Origin: Gammaproteobacteria bacterium
GTDB lineage: Bacteria > Pseudomonadota > Gammaproteobacteria > Ga0077536
DNA: 64,000 nt
Reading direction: 5' to 3'
Assembly: GCA_050186725.1 (NCBI GenBank)
Contig: JBFWYG010000008.1
Span: forward strand, 32,899-96,898
Shown one piece after another: positions 51,286 through 61,627 of the stretch (position 1 is the stretch's first letter; every line of letters begins with the position of its first letter). The notes under the pieces are model-generated. The model worked only from the letters and a program-made list of their open reading frames with translations. It was not told where the DNA came from and made no database searches. A program made the position numbers and the translations under genes.

Positions 51286-54200
51286 ATGGCAACGCGGCGC
51301 GGAACGGCAACCAACGACCTCCTGAGTGGCACCGCCGGCAACGATGTGCTGCTCGGCCTCGCCGGCAACGACCAGTTGCGCGGTCGCGGCGGCAAGGATC
51401 GCCTGGACGGCGGTCGCGGCAATGACCGACTGTTCGGCGGCGCCGGCAACGACACGCTGATCGGCGGCGCGGGGCGTGACCTGCTGCGCGGCGAGGCTGG
51501 CAACGACACCTACTTCATCGACCGCGCCACCGAGATCGACAAGCGCGTGACCGACGCCGGCATCGACACCGTGGTGTCGAGCGTGAGCTACGTGCTCGGC
51601 ACGCGCCAGGAGAACCTGCGCCTGACCGGCAAGGCCGCGCTGTTCGGCACCGGCAACAGCGGCGCCAACCAACTGACCGGCAACGACGGCGCCAACCGCC
51701 TGAGCGGTGGTGGCGGCAACGACGTGCTGAACGGCGGGCGCGGCGTGGACAGCCTGCGCGGGGACGGCGGCAACGACACCTACCTCATCGACAACGCGCT
51801 CGAGATCGACAAATCCCGCGTCGATGCCGGCATCGATAGCGTGCGCTCCACGGTGACCTACACCCTCGGCGCATTCCAGGAACGCCTGGCGCTCATCGGC
51901 ACCGGCGCGATCGACGGCACCGGCAACGCCGGCGCCAATACACTGCTCGGCAACGCCGCCGCCAATCGCCTGGACGGCGCGGGCGGCGCCGACAGCGTCA
52001 ACGGCGCGGGCGGCAACGACACGCTGGTGTTCGACCTGCAGGATGCGCTGCTGGATGGCGGCGCGGACAGTGACACGCTGCTGGTCGAGGGCGCGGGGCG
52101 CAACCTCGGCAGCGCCGCGCTGAACGCGGTGCGAAACGTCGAGGTGCTGGACGTACGCGGCAGCGGCGGCAATGAACTGATTCTGGGCATAGACGACGTG
52201 CTGGCGCTGGCCGGGGCCGGGAAGGCGCTGCGCGTGCGCGCCGACGCCAACGAACGCGTGACGCTGCACGGTGGTTGGACCGCCGCGACCGACGTTGAAC
52301 TGGATGGCGTGGTGTACCGCCACTTCACCGCCGCCAATGGCGCGGATCTGCTCATTGAGCAGGGCGCGGCGCTGACCCTGAACGGCATCATTCCACTCGG
52401 CGCGCTGGACGGTGGCGACGGCTTCGCGCTGCGCGGCGTCTTGTCGGGCGAGGGCCTCGGCGACTCGCTGGCCGCGGCCGGCGACCTCGATGGCGACGGC
52501 TTCGCCGACTTCGTCGTCGGCCATCCCTTCAGCAGCCTGCCCGATCTGCGCGGCGGCGCCTACGTGGTCTATGGCGGCCCCGAGGCCTTCGCCGCGAGCG
52601 CCGACGCCACCACGGTCGCGGCCGCGCGCGGCTTCGAACTGGTCAGCGATGTGCAGTTCGGGCTGGCCGCCTACAGCCTGGCGAGCGCGGGTGACTTCAA
52701 TGGCGATGGACTCGCCGATCTGCTGGTCTCCTCCCCGACCCATCCTTCGCCGGTCGACGGTCCCGGCCGGGTCTACGTGGTGTTCGGCGACGCGACGCGG
52801 CCCACGGGCGTTCTGGCTCTCGACGGCCTGAACGGCAGCAACGGCTTCGCCATCGACGGCCTCACTGCTCAGGACTCCTTCGGCATCGGGCTGACCAGCG
52901 GCGACGTCAACGGTGACGGCTTCAGCGATCTGCTGCTGGGCGCGCCGCTAGGCGACGGCGGTGGCAACGCGAGCGGCGCCGCCTACGTGATCTACGGCAC
53001 GAGCGACGACATCACGACGCCGCTGGCGGTCGGCGCCCTGAACGGCGCCAACGGCTTCCGCATCGTCGGCAGCGCCGCGGGTGACAACCTCGGCTGGAGT
53101 CTCGCCAGCGGCGCGGACTTCAACGGCGACGGCCTGCACGACTTCGTGATCGGCGCCATCGGCGCGAACGACGAGCGCGGTAGTGGTTTCGTGGTGTTCG
53201 GTCGCAGCGACGGCTTCGGCGCGGAACTCGACCTCGACACGCTGGACGGCACCAACGGCTTTCGACTCGACGACAGCACCGCGCAGGCGGCAGCCGGCGC
53301 GAGCGTCTCCCTGCTCGGCGACTTGAACGGCGACGGCTTCGCCGACCTCTTGATCGGCGCGCCGTCGCGTACCAGCGACAACGGTCGCGCCTACGTGCTG
53401 CTCGGCCAGGCCGGCGGCTTCGCGGCGAACATCGACCTCGGCACGCTGAACGGCACCAACGGCTTCCGCCTCGATGGCGTGGCGTCGCTCGACCGCGCCG
53501 GCCAGTCGGTTGCGGGGGCCGGGGACGTGAACGGTGACGGCTTCGACGACCTCATCGTCGGCGCGCTGCGCGCCGACGCCAACGGCGTGGAGACCGGCGG
53601 CGCCTACTTGTTGTTCGGCAAGGCCGGCGGCTTCGCCGCGACCCTGTCCCTCGGCGCGCTCGACGGCAGCGACGGCCTGGTGGTGCAGGGTGTCGCCAAT
53701 GGCGACCGCACCGGCGCGCTGGTGGCCGGACTCGGCGACGTCGACGGCGATGGCTTCGCCGACGTGCTGCTCGGCGCCCCGCGCGCCGACGGCGCGCAGA
53801 CCGACAGCGGCGCGAGCTACGTGCTGCTCGGCCGCGACTTCACCGGCGACGTGCGCTTCGTCGGCGGCGACGGCGATGACCAGTTCCAAGGTGCGCAGGG
53901 CGATCGCGTCGTCGGCGGCCGCGGCGCCGACATCCTGAGCGGCGCCGGCGGCAACGTGCTGCTCGGCGGCGCCGGTGACGACGTCCTGGTGTGGAATGCG
54001 AGCCACCTGCGCCTGGACGGTGGCGGCGGCGACGACACCCTGCGCCTGGTGGGCCAGGGCGTGACGCTCGATCTGAGCCTGGTGCCGGACAGCCGCGTGA
54101 CCGGCATCGAGAACATCGACCTCACCGGCAGCGGCAACAACGCGCTCATCCTCGGGCTGACCGACGTGCTCGCGCTGGGCGATGGCACGCTGCGTGTGCT

Positions 54201-54345
54201 CGGCGACAGCGGCGATGCGGTGACCACGCTGCAGAACTGGACCGAGGGCACGGTGCAGACCATCGCAGGCCAGGACTACCGCAGTTTCACCCTGGGTGCG
54301 GCCACCCTGCTGGTCGACGACAGCATGAGCTTCGCGGTCATTTGA
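51286..54345 (+). CDS. Large (1019 aa) RTX-repeat + FG-GAP/integrin-alpha beta-propeller repeat protein, probable T1SS-type exoprotein/adhesin
   Basis: N-terminal and C-terminal GGxGxDxL nonapeptide (haemolysin-type Ca-binding) repeats; at least 7 repeats of GDxNGDGxxDLLVG (FG-GAP); no N-terminal signal peptide; Gly/Asp-rich throughout. Confidence 0.75.
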   Translation: MATRRGTATNDLLSGTAGNDVLLGLAGNDQLRGRGGKDRLDGGRGNDRLFGGAGNDTLIGGAGRDLLRGEAGNDTYFIDRATEIDKRVTDAGIDTVVSSVSYVLGTRQENLRLTGKAALFGTGNSGANQLTGNDGANRLSGGGGNDVLNGGRGVDSLRGDGGNDTYLIDNALEIDKSRVDAGIDSVRSTVTYTLGAFQERLALIGTGAIDGTGNAGANTLLGNAAANRLDGAGGADSVNGAGGNDTLVFDLQDALLDGGADSDTLLVEGAGRNLGSAALNAVRNVEVLDVRGSGGNELILGIDDVLALAGAGKALRVRADANERVTLHGGWTAATDVELDGVVYRHFTAANGADLLIEQGAALTLNGIIPLGALDGGDGFALRGVLSGEGLGDSLAAAGDLDGDGFADFVVGHPFSSLPDLRGGAYVVYGGPEAFAASADATTVAAARGFELVSDVQFGLAAYSLASAGDFNGDGLADLLVSSPTHPSPVDGPGRVYVVFGDATRPTGVLALDGLNGSNGFAIDGLTAQDSFGIGLTSGDVNGDGFSDLLLGAPLGDGGGNASGAAYVIYGTSDDITTPLAVGALNGANGFRIVGSAAGDNLGWSLASGADFNGDGLHDFVIGAIGANDERGSGFVVFGRSDGFGAELDLDTLDGTNGFRLDDSTAQAAAGASVSLLGDLNGDGFADLLIGAPSRTSDNGRAYVLLGQAGGFAANIDLGTLNGTNGFRLDGVASLDRAGQSVAGAGDVNGDGFDDLIVGALRADANGVETGGAYLLFGKAGGFAATLSLGALDGSDGLVVQGVANGDRTGALVAGLGDVDGDGFADVLLGAPRADGAQTDSGASYVLLGRDFTGDVRFVGGDGDDQFQGAQGDRVVGGRGADILSGAGGNVLLGGAGDDVLVWNASHLRLDGGGGDDTLRLVGQGVTLDLSLVPDSRVTGIENIDLTGSGNNALILGLTDVLALGDGTLRVLGDSGDAVTTLQNWTEGTVQTIAGQDYRSFTLGAATLLVDDSMSFAVI

Positions 54346-54433
54346 GCATGCCGCGCTAAAGGTTTTCCGGAAGGGCGACGATACAGGGTACCGAACGGAA
54401 CATCCCTACCCTCCCTGGTCCGTTCATTCCTCG

Positions 54434-54470
54434 CGGGCCGGCTTTCCCAAGCCGGCCCGCATTTTTTTTG
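54434..54470 (+). terminator. Rho-independent terminator after the RTX/FG-GAP gene
   Basis: CGGGCCGGC-tttcccaa-GCCGGCCCG followed by T8. Confidence 0.7.
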
Positions 54471-54508
54471 CCCGCGCGGCGGCGACCGGTGCTCGCCCGC
54501 GCCGGGGA

Positions 54509-56758
54509 TCAGTCCTGCTCCACCGCTTCGAGCCTGTCCACCCGCTGGAAACCGCGCGGCAGCTTGAGTCCGCGGCGCGCGCGCTCGGCGAGATAGTGAC
54601 GCTGATCGCTGTCCTTCAGGGTGAAGTGCCGGTTGCCGGAATGCACTCGCAATTCCTGCCCCTTTCTCAGGACCACCACCGACTGCATGATCTCCTCGCG
54701 GCTCTTCAGCTTCGCGGACGGCAGCTGCAGCAGCTTCTGGCCCTTGCCCCGCGCCATGCGCGGCATCTCGCTCGCCGCGAAGATCAGCAGGTGCCCGGTG
54801 TTGGTGGCGCAGGCTACCCAGTCGTCGTCCGGACTGTCGAACGCGACCGGCGGCAGCACGCGCGCGCCGGGGCCGAGGCTCAATACCGCCTTGCCGGCGC
54901 GATTCTTGGTAATCAGCTCCTCGACCGTCGCGACGAAGCCGTAGCCGTGATCCGAGGCGAGCAGCACCCAGGGCCGAGCGCCGGCCATCACCACGCCGGC
55001 AAAGGTCGCGCCTTCGGGCGGGGTCAGCCGCCCTGACAACGGCTCGCCCAGGCCGCGCGCGGACGGCAGGCCGTGGGCCGGCAGGGTGTAGGCGCGGCCG
55101 GTCGAATCGAAGAACACCGCGTTCTGGTTGCTGCGGCCGCGCGCCGCCGCCTGGAACTCGTCACCGCTGCGGAAGTTGAGCTCGCGCGGGTTGACGTCGT
55201 GACCCTTGGCCGCGCGCACCCAGCCCTTGGAGGACAGCACCACGGTCACCGGCTCGGCCGCGACCAGGTCGGTCTCGGCCAGCGCCTGGGCCGCTTCCCG
55301 CTCCACCAGTTCACAGCGACGTTCGTCACCGAAACGCGCGCTGTCGGCCTCGATCTCGTCGCGCACCAGGTTGCGCAGCCGCTTGTTCGAACCGAGCGTC
55401 TGTTCGAGCGACTTGCGCTCCTTCTCGAGTTCGGCCTGCTCGCCACGGATGCGCATCTCCTCCAGCCTGGCGAGATGGCGCAGACGCAGATCGAGGATGG
55501 CATCGGCCTGGATGTCCGACAGGCCGAAGCGCGCCATCAGCACCTGCTTCGGCTGCTCCTCGGTGCGGATGATGTGGATGACTTCGTCGATGTTGAGGAA
55601 GGCGATGAGATAGCCTTCCAGCACGTGCAGGCGGGCCAGCACCTTGTCGAGGCGGAACTGCAGGCGGCGGCGCACGGTGGTGACGCGGAATTCGATCCAC
55701 TCGGCGAGCAGGTCGCGCAGGTTGTGCACCGCCGGCAGGCCGTCGGTGCCGATGACGTTCAGGTTGACCCGGTAGTTGCGCTCGAGATCGGTGGTCGCGA
55801 ACAGGTGCTGCATCAACGGTTCGACGTCGACGCGGTTGGAGCGCGGCACCAGCACCAGGCGCACCGGCGTTTCATGGTCGGACTCGTCGCGCAGATCCTC
55901 CAGCAGCGGCAGCTTCTTGGCCTGCATCTGCGCGGCTATCTGCTCCAGGATCTTCGCCCCCGAGCTCTGGTAGGGCAGCGCGGTGACGATGATGTTGCCG
56001 TCCTCGCGGGTGTACTTCGCGCGCAGCCGCACCGTGCCGTTGCCGGTCGCGTAGAGCTGACGCAGGTCGGCCGCGGACGTGATGATCTCGCCGCCGCCCG
56101 GAAAGTCCGGCGCTGGCACGAACTGGCACAGTTCGTCGACGGTGGCCTTGGGATTGTCCAGCAGGTGCATGCAGGCGGCCGCCACTTCACGCAGGTTGTG
56201 CGGCGGAATGTCGGTCGCCATGCCGACCGCGATGCCGGTGGTGCCATTCAGGAGCACGTTCGGCAGGCGCGCCGGCAGGATCGAGGGCTCATCCAGCGTG
56301 CCGTCGAAGTTCGGCACCCAGTCGGCCGTGCCCTGCGCGAGCTCGGCGAGCAGCACGTCGGCATAGGGCGTGAGCTTGGCCTCGGTGTAGCGCATCGCGG
56401 CGAAGGACTTCGGATCGTCGGTCGAACCCCAGTTACCCTGCCCGTCGACCAGCGGGTAGCGATAGCTGAACGGCTGGGCCATCAGCACCATGGCCTCGTA
56501 GCAGGCCGAGTCGCCGTGCGGGTGGAACTTGCCGATCACGTCGCCGACGGTGCGCGCCGACTTCTTGTACTTGGCCGCGGCGTCGAGCCCGAGTTCGGAC
56601 ATCGCGTAGATGATGCGCCGCTGCACGGGCTTCAGACCGTCGCCGATGTGCGGCAGCGCGCGGTCGAGAATGACGTACATCGAGTAATCGAGGTAGGCGC
56701 GCTCGGTGAACTCGCGCAGCAGCATCTTTTCGAGATCGAGGGAATCGCCGTTGGCCAT
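54509..56758 (-). CDS. parC: DNA topoisomerase IV subunit A
   Basis: 749 aa from [11 protein letters not shown]; [19 protein letters not shown], active-site Tyr region [10 protein letters not shown]. Start ATG 56758 derived by counting inside the 898-aa track ORF. Confidence 0.85.
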   Translation of the reverse strand: MANGDSLDLEKMLLREFTERAYLDYSMYVILDRALPHIGDGLKPVQRRIIYAMSELGLDAAAKYKKSARTVGDVIGKFHPHGDSACYEAMVLMAQPFSYRYPLVDGQGNWGSTDDPKSFAAMRYTEAKLTPYADVLLAELAQGTADWVPNFDGTLDEPSILPARLPNVLLNGTTGIAVGMATDIPPHNLREVAAACMHLLDNPKATVDELCQFVPAPDFPGGGEIITSAADLRQLYATGNGTVRLRAKYTREDGNIIVTALPYQSSGAKILEQIAAQMQAKKLPLLEDLRDESDHETPVRLVLVPRSNRVDVEPLMQHLFATTDLERNYRVNLNVIGTDGLPAVHNLRDLLAEWIEFRVTTVRRRLQFRLDKVLARLHVLEGYLIAFLNIDEVIHIIRTEEQPKQVLMARFGLSDIQADAILDLRLRHLARLEEMRIRGEQAELEKERKSLEQTLGSNKRLRNLVRDEIEADSARFGDERRCELVEREAAQALAETDLVAAEPVTVVLSSKGWVRAAKGHDVNPRELNFRSGDEFQAAARGRSNQNAVFFDSTGRAYTLPAHGLPSARGLGEPLSGRLTPPEGATFAGVVMAGARPWVLLASDHGYGFVATVEELITKNRAGKAVLSLGPGARVLPPVAFDSPDDDWVACATNTGHLLIFAASEMPRMARGKGQKLLQLPSAKLKSREEIMQSVVVLRKGQELRVHSGNRHFTLKDSDQRHYLAERARRGLKLPRGFQRVDRLEAVEQD

Positions 56759-56769
56759 GGACGTCGGTC

Positions 56770-58659
56770 TCAGTTGACGGAGGCAAGGTTGCCCTTGCGT
56801 TCGAGCCAGGCGCGGCGATCGCCGGAGCGCTTCTTGGCGAGCAGCATGTCCATCATTGCCTCGGTCTCGGTCAGGCTGTCGATCTCGAGTCGCACCAGGC
56901 GCCGGGTCTCGACCGCCATGGTGGTCTCGCGCAGCTGCAGCGGATTCATCTCGCCGAGACCCTTGAAGCGCTGCACGTTGACCTTGCCCTTGATCTTCTC
57001 GGCCGCGATGCGGTCGAGGATGCCGGCCTTCTCGTCTTCGTCCAGCGCGTAGAACACTTCCTTGCCGACGTCGATGCGAAACAGCGGCGGCATGGCGACG
57101 TGCACGCGTCCCGCCTCGACCAGCGCGCGGAAGTGACGCACGAAGAGCGCGCACAGCAGGGTCGCGATGTGCAGGCCGTCGGAATCGGCGTCGGCCAGGA
57201 TGCACACCTTGCCGTAGCGCAGGTTGGCGAGTTCGGGCGAACCCGGATCGATACCGAGGGCGACCGCGATGTCATGGACCTCGTTCGAGGCCAGCACCTG
57301 CGCCGACTCCACTTCCCAGGTGTTCAGGATCTTGCCGCGCAGCGGCAGGATGGCCTGGAACTCACGGTCGCGCGCCTGCTTGGCGGAACCGCCGGCGGAG
57401 TCGCCCTCCACCAGGAAGAGTTCGGTGCGCTCCAGATCCTGCGCCGAACAGTCGGCGAGCTTGCCGGGCAGCGCGGGACCGTTGCCGGCGATGCGCTTGC
57501 GCACCACCTTGGCGGCCTTGAGCCGTCGCTGCGCGCGGCTGATGGCGAGTTCCGCGATGCGCTCGCCGCTCTCCACGTGCTGGTGCAGCCACAGGCTGAA
57601 GGCATCGCGCACCACGCCGGTGACGAAGGCCGCGACGCCACGCGACGAGAGCCGTTCCTTGGTCTGGCCGGAGAACTGCGGCTCTTCCAGCTTGACCGAG
57701 AGGATGTAGGTGCAGCGTTCGAACACGTCCTCCGGCGCGAGCTTGACCCCGCGCGGCAGGAGATTGCGGTTGTCGCAGAACTCGCGCATCGCTTCCAGCA
57801 GGCCCTGGCGCAGACCGGCGACATGGGTGCCGCCCTGCACCGTCGGCACCAGGTTCACGTAGCTCTCGGTGACCAGTTCGACGTCCTCGGGACACCAGTG
57901 CAGCGCCCAGGTGGCGTGTTCGTGCGGGCCTTCGATGTCACCGGCGAAGGGCTCGGCCGGCAGCAGCTCGACGCCGGCGAGCGCTTCGGCGAGGTAGCTC
58001 GCGAGGCCGCGCTCGAAATGCCACTCGATCTTCTCGTTCGCGGCTTCGTCGTGGAACTTGATGGTGAGACCGGGGCACAGCACGGCCTTGGCGCGCAGCA
58101 GGTGCTTCAGGCGCGGCAGGGCGAGCTTGACCGCGTCGAAGTAGCGTTCGTCCGGCAGGAAGCGGATGCTGGTGCCGGTGTTGCGCGCGCCGACCGTGCC
58201 CACTTCTTCCAGCCGCGAGGCCGGCTCGCCGCCGCGGAACAGCATGCGGTACTCGCGCCCGCCGCGCTTGACCCTGACTTCCAGTTCCTTCGACAGCGCG
58301 TTCACCACCGACACGCCGACGCCGTGCAGACCGCCGGAATACTTGTAGTTCTTGCGCGAGAACTTGCCGCCCGCGTGCAGCCGCGTGAGGATGACCTCGA
58401 CGCCGCTGATCTTTTCGCCCGGGTGCTCGTCCACCGGCATGCCGCGGCCGTTGTCGGCGACGGTGATCGTGCCGTCCGCGTGCAGCGTGACTTCGATCTG
58501 CGAGCAGTGACCGGCGATCGCCTCGTCGACCGAGTTGTCGACCACCTCCTGCACCAGGTGATTGGGGCGCGAGGTGTCGGTATACATCCCCGGGCGCTTG
58601 CGCACCGGTTCCAGGCCGGTCAGGACTTCGATGTCCGCGGCGTCGTAGCGTGAGCTCAA
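56770..58659 (-). CDS. parE: DNA topoisomerase IV subunit B
   Basis: 629 aa; GHKL ATPase ([13 protein letters not shown]), Toprim ([11 protein letters not shown]). Order parE-parC, no C-terminal GyrB insert. Confidence 0.85.
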   Translation of the reverse strand: MSSRYDAADIEVLTGLEPVRKRPGMYTDTSRPNHLVQEVVDNSVDEAIAGHCSQIEVTLHADGTITVADNGRGMPVDEHPGEKISGVEVILTRLHAGGKFSRKNYKYSGGLHGVGVSVVNALSKELEVRVKRGGREYRMLFRGGEPASRLEEVGTVGARNTGTSIRFLPDERYFDAVKLALPRLKHLLRAKAVLCPGLTIKFHDEAANEKIEWHFERGLASYLAEALAGVELLPAEPFAGDIEGPHEHATWALHWCPEDVELVTESYVNLVPTVQGGTHVAGLRQGLLEAMREFCDNRNLLPRGVKLAPEDVFERCTYILSVKLEEPQFSGQTKERLSSRGVAAFVTGVVRDAFSLWLHQHVESGERIAELAISRAQRRLKAAKVVRKRIAGNGPALPGKLADCSAQDLERTELFLVEGDSAGGSAKQARDREFQAILPLRGKILNTWEVESAQVLASNEVHDIAVALGIDPGSPELANLRYGKVCILADADSDGLHIATLLCALFVRHFRALVEAGRVHVAMPPLFRIDVGKEVFYALDEDEKAGILDRIAAEKIKGKVNVQRFKGLGEMNPLQLRETTMAVETRRLVRLEIDSLTETEAMMDMLLAKKRSGDRRAWLERKGNLASVN

Positions 58660-58752
58660 AGGCAGGATTCCATCGCGCCATCGCGGCGCATTCGAGGGTC
58701 GGGTCGGGCCGGCGCGATTATGCCAACCCCCCGCGGCGCGGTGAAGCGCGGC

Positions 58753-59334
58753 TCAGTCGAGATCGGCGGCGAGCGCCGCGCGCGTCTCCTCGGGCAGCGT
58801 GAGCGCGTGGCGGTAGGCCGGGTGATTGATGCCCATGCGCACCGTGCCGCCCGCCTTGAACGCCGCGGCCGTCATCGCCGGCAGTTGAAAGCGCAGGAAA
58901 TGCACCGCCGCGGTCTTGGTCTCGTCGGCGCGCTCGAGATCCTCGTCGGGGACGGCGGCCACGCGCGGCTGCCCCTCGACCTCCAGCCACACCTGGTGCT
59001 CGATGCCGCGCAGGGCGCCGAGCGCGACGCGCCGCTCTTCGACATCGGTGTACTCCAGCATGAAGGTCGCCTTGAGGTTGTCGCCATCGGGAATGAGCGG
59101 GTTGTAGGCGTCGAGTTCTTCCTGGATGGCGGCCCCCACGAAGATCTTCTCGACCCGCAGCATCTCCTGGATCTGGTACTGGATGGTCAGGCGGTCTTCG
59201 AAGTAGAGACCGGCGTGCGCGCCGATGAACACCTTGCGCCGCGCCTTGTGCGCCAGCACCTTGGCGCGCAAGGCGGCGCGCTGCTCGTGGTAGGCCTCGA
59301 GGGTCAGGAGATCGGCGCGGGTCAGTTTCTGCAT
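58753..59334 (-). CDS. DUF3501-family protein
   Basis: 193 aa; assignment from recalled family profile (~190-aa proteobacterial proteins found next to CCG-domain Fe-S proteins and rubrerythrin). Confidence 0.45.
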   Translation of the reverse strand: MQKLTRADLLTLEAYHEQRAALRAKVLAHKARRKVFIGAHAGLYFEDRLTIQYQIQEMLRVEKIFVGAAIQEELDAYNPLIPDGDNLKATFMLEYTDVEERRVALGALRGIEHQVWLEVEGQPRVAAVPDEDLERADETKTAAVHFLRFQLPAMTAAAFKAGGTVRMGINHPAYRHALTLPEETRAALAADLD

Positions 59335-59341
59335 GGCGGCT

Positions 59342-60667
59342 TCACAGTCCGTAGGCGAGTTTCAGCAGGCTGAAGGCCGAGGTGGCATGGGTCGCGTCGC
59401 CCACGCCGTGCTCGATCAGTTCACCGGCCATGGGACAGTCGCTCGCGTAGTGGTCGACCTTGCTGTCGCTGATACGTTTGACTATCGGCCGGCAGATCTT
59501 CTGGGCAAAGGCGTAGTTCTCCGTCTTCACCGCGTAGGTGCCGTCGTGGCCCGAGCAGCGCTCGATCACCACCACCTCGGTGCCCGGCACGAGCTCCAGC
59601 ATGTCCTTGGTCTTCTGCCCGATGTTCTGCACGCGCTGATGACAGGGCGCATGCCACGCCACCTTGCCCAAGCCACTCTTGAAGTCGGTACGCAGCTGGC
59701 CCGCGCGATGCCGCGCCATGAGGAACTCGAAGGGATCGGTGAAGGCCGCCTGCACCTTCTTCACGCGCGCGTCGTCGGGAAACAGCAGCGGCAGTTCCTG
59801 GCGGTACATCAGCACGCAACTCGGGATCGGCGCGGTGATGCGCAGGCCCCGCTCGGCGAGTTCGAGCAGTCGCGGAATGTTCCGTTCCATGTGCTTCTGC
59901 ACGGTCTCGAGATCGCCGAGTTCGAGCTTGGGCATGCCACAGCACACCTCGTTCGACACCACCTCGACCGCCACGCCGTTGTGTTCGAACACCGCCACCA
60001 TGTCCTCCACGGTCTGCGGCGAATTGCGGTTGCCGTAGCAGGTCACGAACAGCGCGATGCGCGCATCGGGATTGGCCGCCGCGGGGCGCTTCGCCAGCCG
60101 CGCGCGGGCATTGGCGGCGTGGAACTTGGGCAGGGGCGCCTCGGCGTGCACGCCGATGGCGCTCTGCATCAGCTTGCGCGCGGCGCCGTTGGCGTTCACC
60201 GCGTTGACCACTTCGGCCACCACCGGAATGCCGGCCAGCGAGCCGACCAGGTCGGTGGAGGTCAGCACCTTGTCGCGCAGCGTCGCACCTTCCTTTTTGA
60301 ACTTGACCGCCTTGGCGCGCAGCATCAGGTGCGGGAAATCGACGTTCCACTCGTGCGGCGGCACGTAGGGGCACTTGGTCATGTAGCACAGGTCGCACAG
60401 GTAGCACTGGTCGACCACCTTGCCGTAATCCGACTTCGCGATCCCGTCCACTTCCATGGTGCTGGACTCGTCCACCAGGTCGAAGAGCGTGGGAAAGGCA
60501 TTGCACAGGCTGACGCAGCGGCGGCAGCCGTGACAGATGTCGTAGACGCGCTCGAGTTCGTGTTCCAGCGCCTGCTCGTCGTAGAACGAGGACTCCTGCC
60601 AGGGCACGGGGTGGCGCGTCGGGGCCTCCAGGCTGCCCTCACGACGCTCGGCATTGGGATCTCGCAT
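59342..60667 (-). CDS. (Fe-S)-binding protein with 2x[4Fe-4S] ferredoxin motifs and two CCG domains (HdrD/GlpC/LutA-like)
   Basis: CHGCRRCVSLCNAFP and CYLCDLCYMTKCP cluster motifs; C-terminal Cys-rich CCG-type segments (FVTCYGN, HAPCHQRVQNIG, ERCSGHDG). Confidence 0.7.
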   Translation of the reverse strand: MRDPNAERREGSLEAPTRHPVPWQESSFYDEQALEHELERVYDICHGCRRCVSLCNAFPTLFDLVDESSTMEVDGIAKSDYGKVVDQCYLCDLCYMTKCPYVPPHEWNVDFPHLMLRAKAVKFKKEGATLRDKVLTSTDLVGSLAGIPVVAEVVNAVNANGAARKLMQSAIGVHAEAPLPKFHAANARARLAKRPAAANPDARIALFVTCYGNRNSPQTVEDMVAVFEHNGVAVEVVSNEVCCGMPKLELGDLETVQKHMERNIPRLLELAERGLRITAPIPSCVLMYRQELPLLFPDDARVKKVQAAFTDPFEFLMARHRAGQLRTDFKSGLGKVAWHAPCHQRVQNIGQKTKDMLELVPGTEVVVIERCSGHDGTYAVKTENYAFAQKICRPIVKRISDSKVDHYASDCPMAGELIEHGVGDATHATSAFSLLKLAYGL

Positions 60668-60747
60668 GGCCGCTACCTGCTGTTCGACGGTGGCTAAAAA
60701 GGAAGCCGGGCATTGCCCGGCTTCGTTCGCGGCTTGACGCCGGGCGC

Positions 60748-61164
60748 TCAGGCCAGGGAGTCGAGCGCCTTCTGGAAGCGGTTCGCGTGGGAACGCTCGG
60801 CCTTGGCCAGCGTCTCGAACCAGTCGGCGATCTCGTCGAAGCCTTCGTCGCGGGCGGTCTTGGCCATGCCCGGGTACATGTCGGAGTACTCGTGGGTCTC
60901 ACCGGCGATCGCCGCGGCCAGATTCAGCGCGGTGCTGCCGATGGGCTTGCCGGTGGCCGGGTCGCCCACCGCCTCGAGATACTCGAGGTGGCCGTGCGCG
61001 TGGCCGGTCTCGCCTTCGGCGGTGGAACGGAACACCGCGGAAACGTCGTTGTAACCCTCTACGTCGGCCTTCTGGGCGAAATACAGGTAGCGGCGGTTGG
61101 CCTGCGATTCGCCGGCGAACGCGGCCTTCAGGTTATCCTCGGTCTTGGTGCCTTTGAGAGACAT
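60748..61164 (-). CDS. Rubrerythrin-family diiron protein (erythrin-like, no rubredoxin domain)
   Basis: [23 protein letters not shown] is the rubrerythrin N-terminal signature; second ExxH site in [10 protein letters not shown]; 138 aa. Confidence 0.8.
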   Translation of the reverse strand: MSLKGTKTEDNLKAAFAGESQANRRYLYFAQKADVEGYNDVSAVFRSTAEGETGHAHGHLEYLEAVGDPATGKPIGSTALNLAAAIAGETHEYSDMYPGMAKTARDEGFDEIADWFETLAKAERSHANRFQKALDSLA

Positions 61165-61227
61165 GTGCGCTGTCCTCCTGGTCGTCATTCGTTGTGTGGT
61201 GCTGGGCTGCGCGTGCAGCCCGCGAAG

Positions 61228-61242
61228 TTAGACTAAGTCTAA
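61228..61242. promoter_or_regulatory. 7-1-7 inverted repeat TTAGACTaAGTCTAA (plus a downstream third half-site AGTCTAAG) upstream of the rubrerythrin operon; candidate Fur/PerR-family operator
   Basis: Seen in sequence 65-80 bp upstream of the rubrerythrin start. The 7-1-7 architecture is typical of Fur-family boxes, but the sequence does not match the canonical E. coli Fur box. Confidence 0.35.
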
Positions 61243-61375
61243 ACTTGGAGCGAGTCTAAGTGGGCCTCGCCGGAAGCGTCAAGCCGCGTCGGCGTTGACC
61301 CTGTGATGCGCCGTCAGTAGAGTCGCGCCTCTTCCACGACGGACGCCCGCGTAGCCGCGAGCGCGGGCCCTGCAT

Positions 61376-61621
61376 ATGAGCGAGACAGCCAACGACACCA
61401 TCGACTTCGAGGCCGCGATGGGCGAACTCGAATCGCTGGTCGAACGCATGGAACAGGGCGAATTCTCCCTCGAAGACTCCATCCGCCAGTTCGAACGCGG
61501 CATGCAACTCGCGCGACAGTGCCAGCGGGCGCTGCGCGTGGCCGAGCAGAAAGTGCTGAAACTGGCGGCCGACAACAACCAGGAGTCCCTGCAGGACTTC
61601 GCGCTGGCAGACGAGACCTGA
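61376..61621 (+). CDS. xseB: Exodeoxyribonuclease VII small subunit
   Basis: 81 aa; FEAAMGELESLVERMEQGEFSLEDSIRQFERGMQLARQCQ typical XseB. Confidence 0.9.
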   Translation: MSETANDTIDFEAAMGELESLVERMEQGEFSLEDSIRQFERGMQLARQCQRALRVAEQKVLKLAADNNQESLQDFALADET

Positions 61622-61627
61622 CCACCC

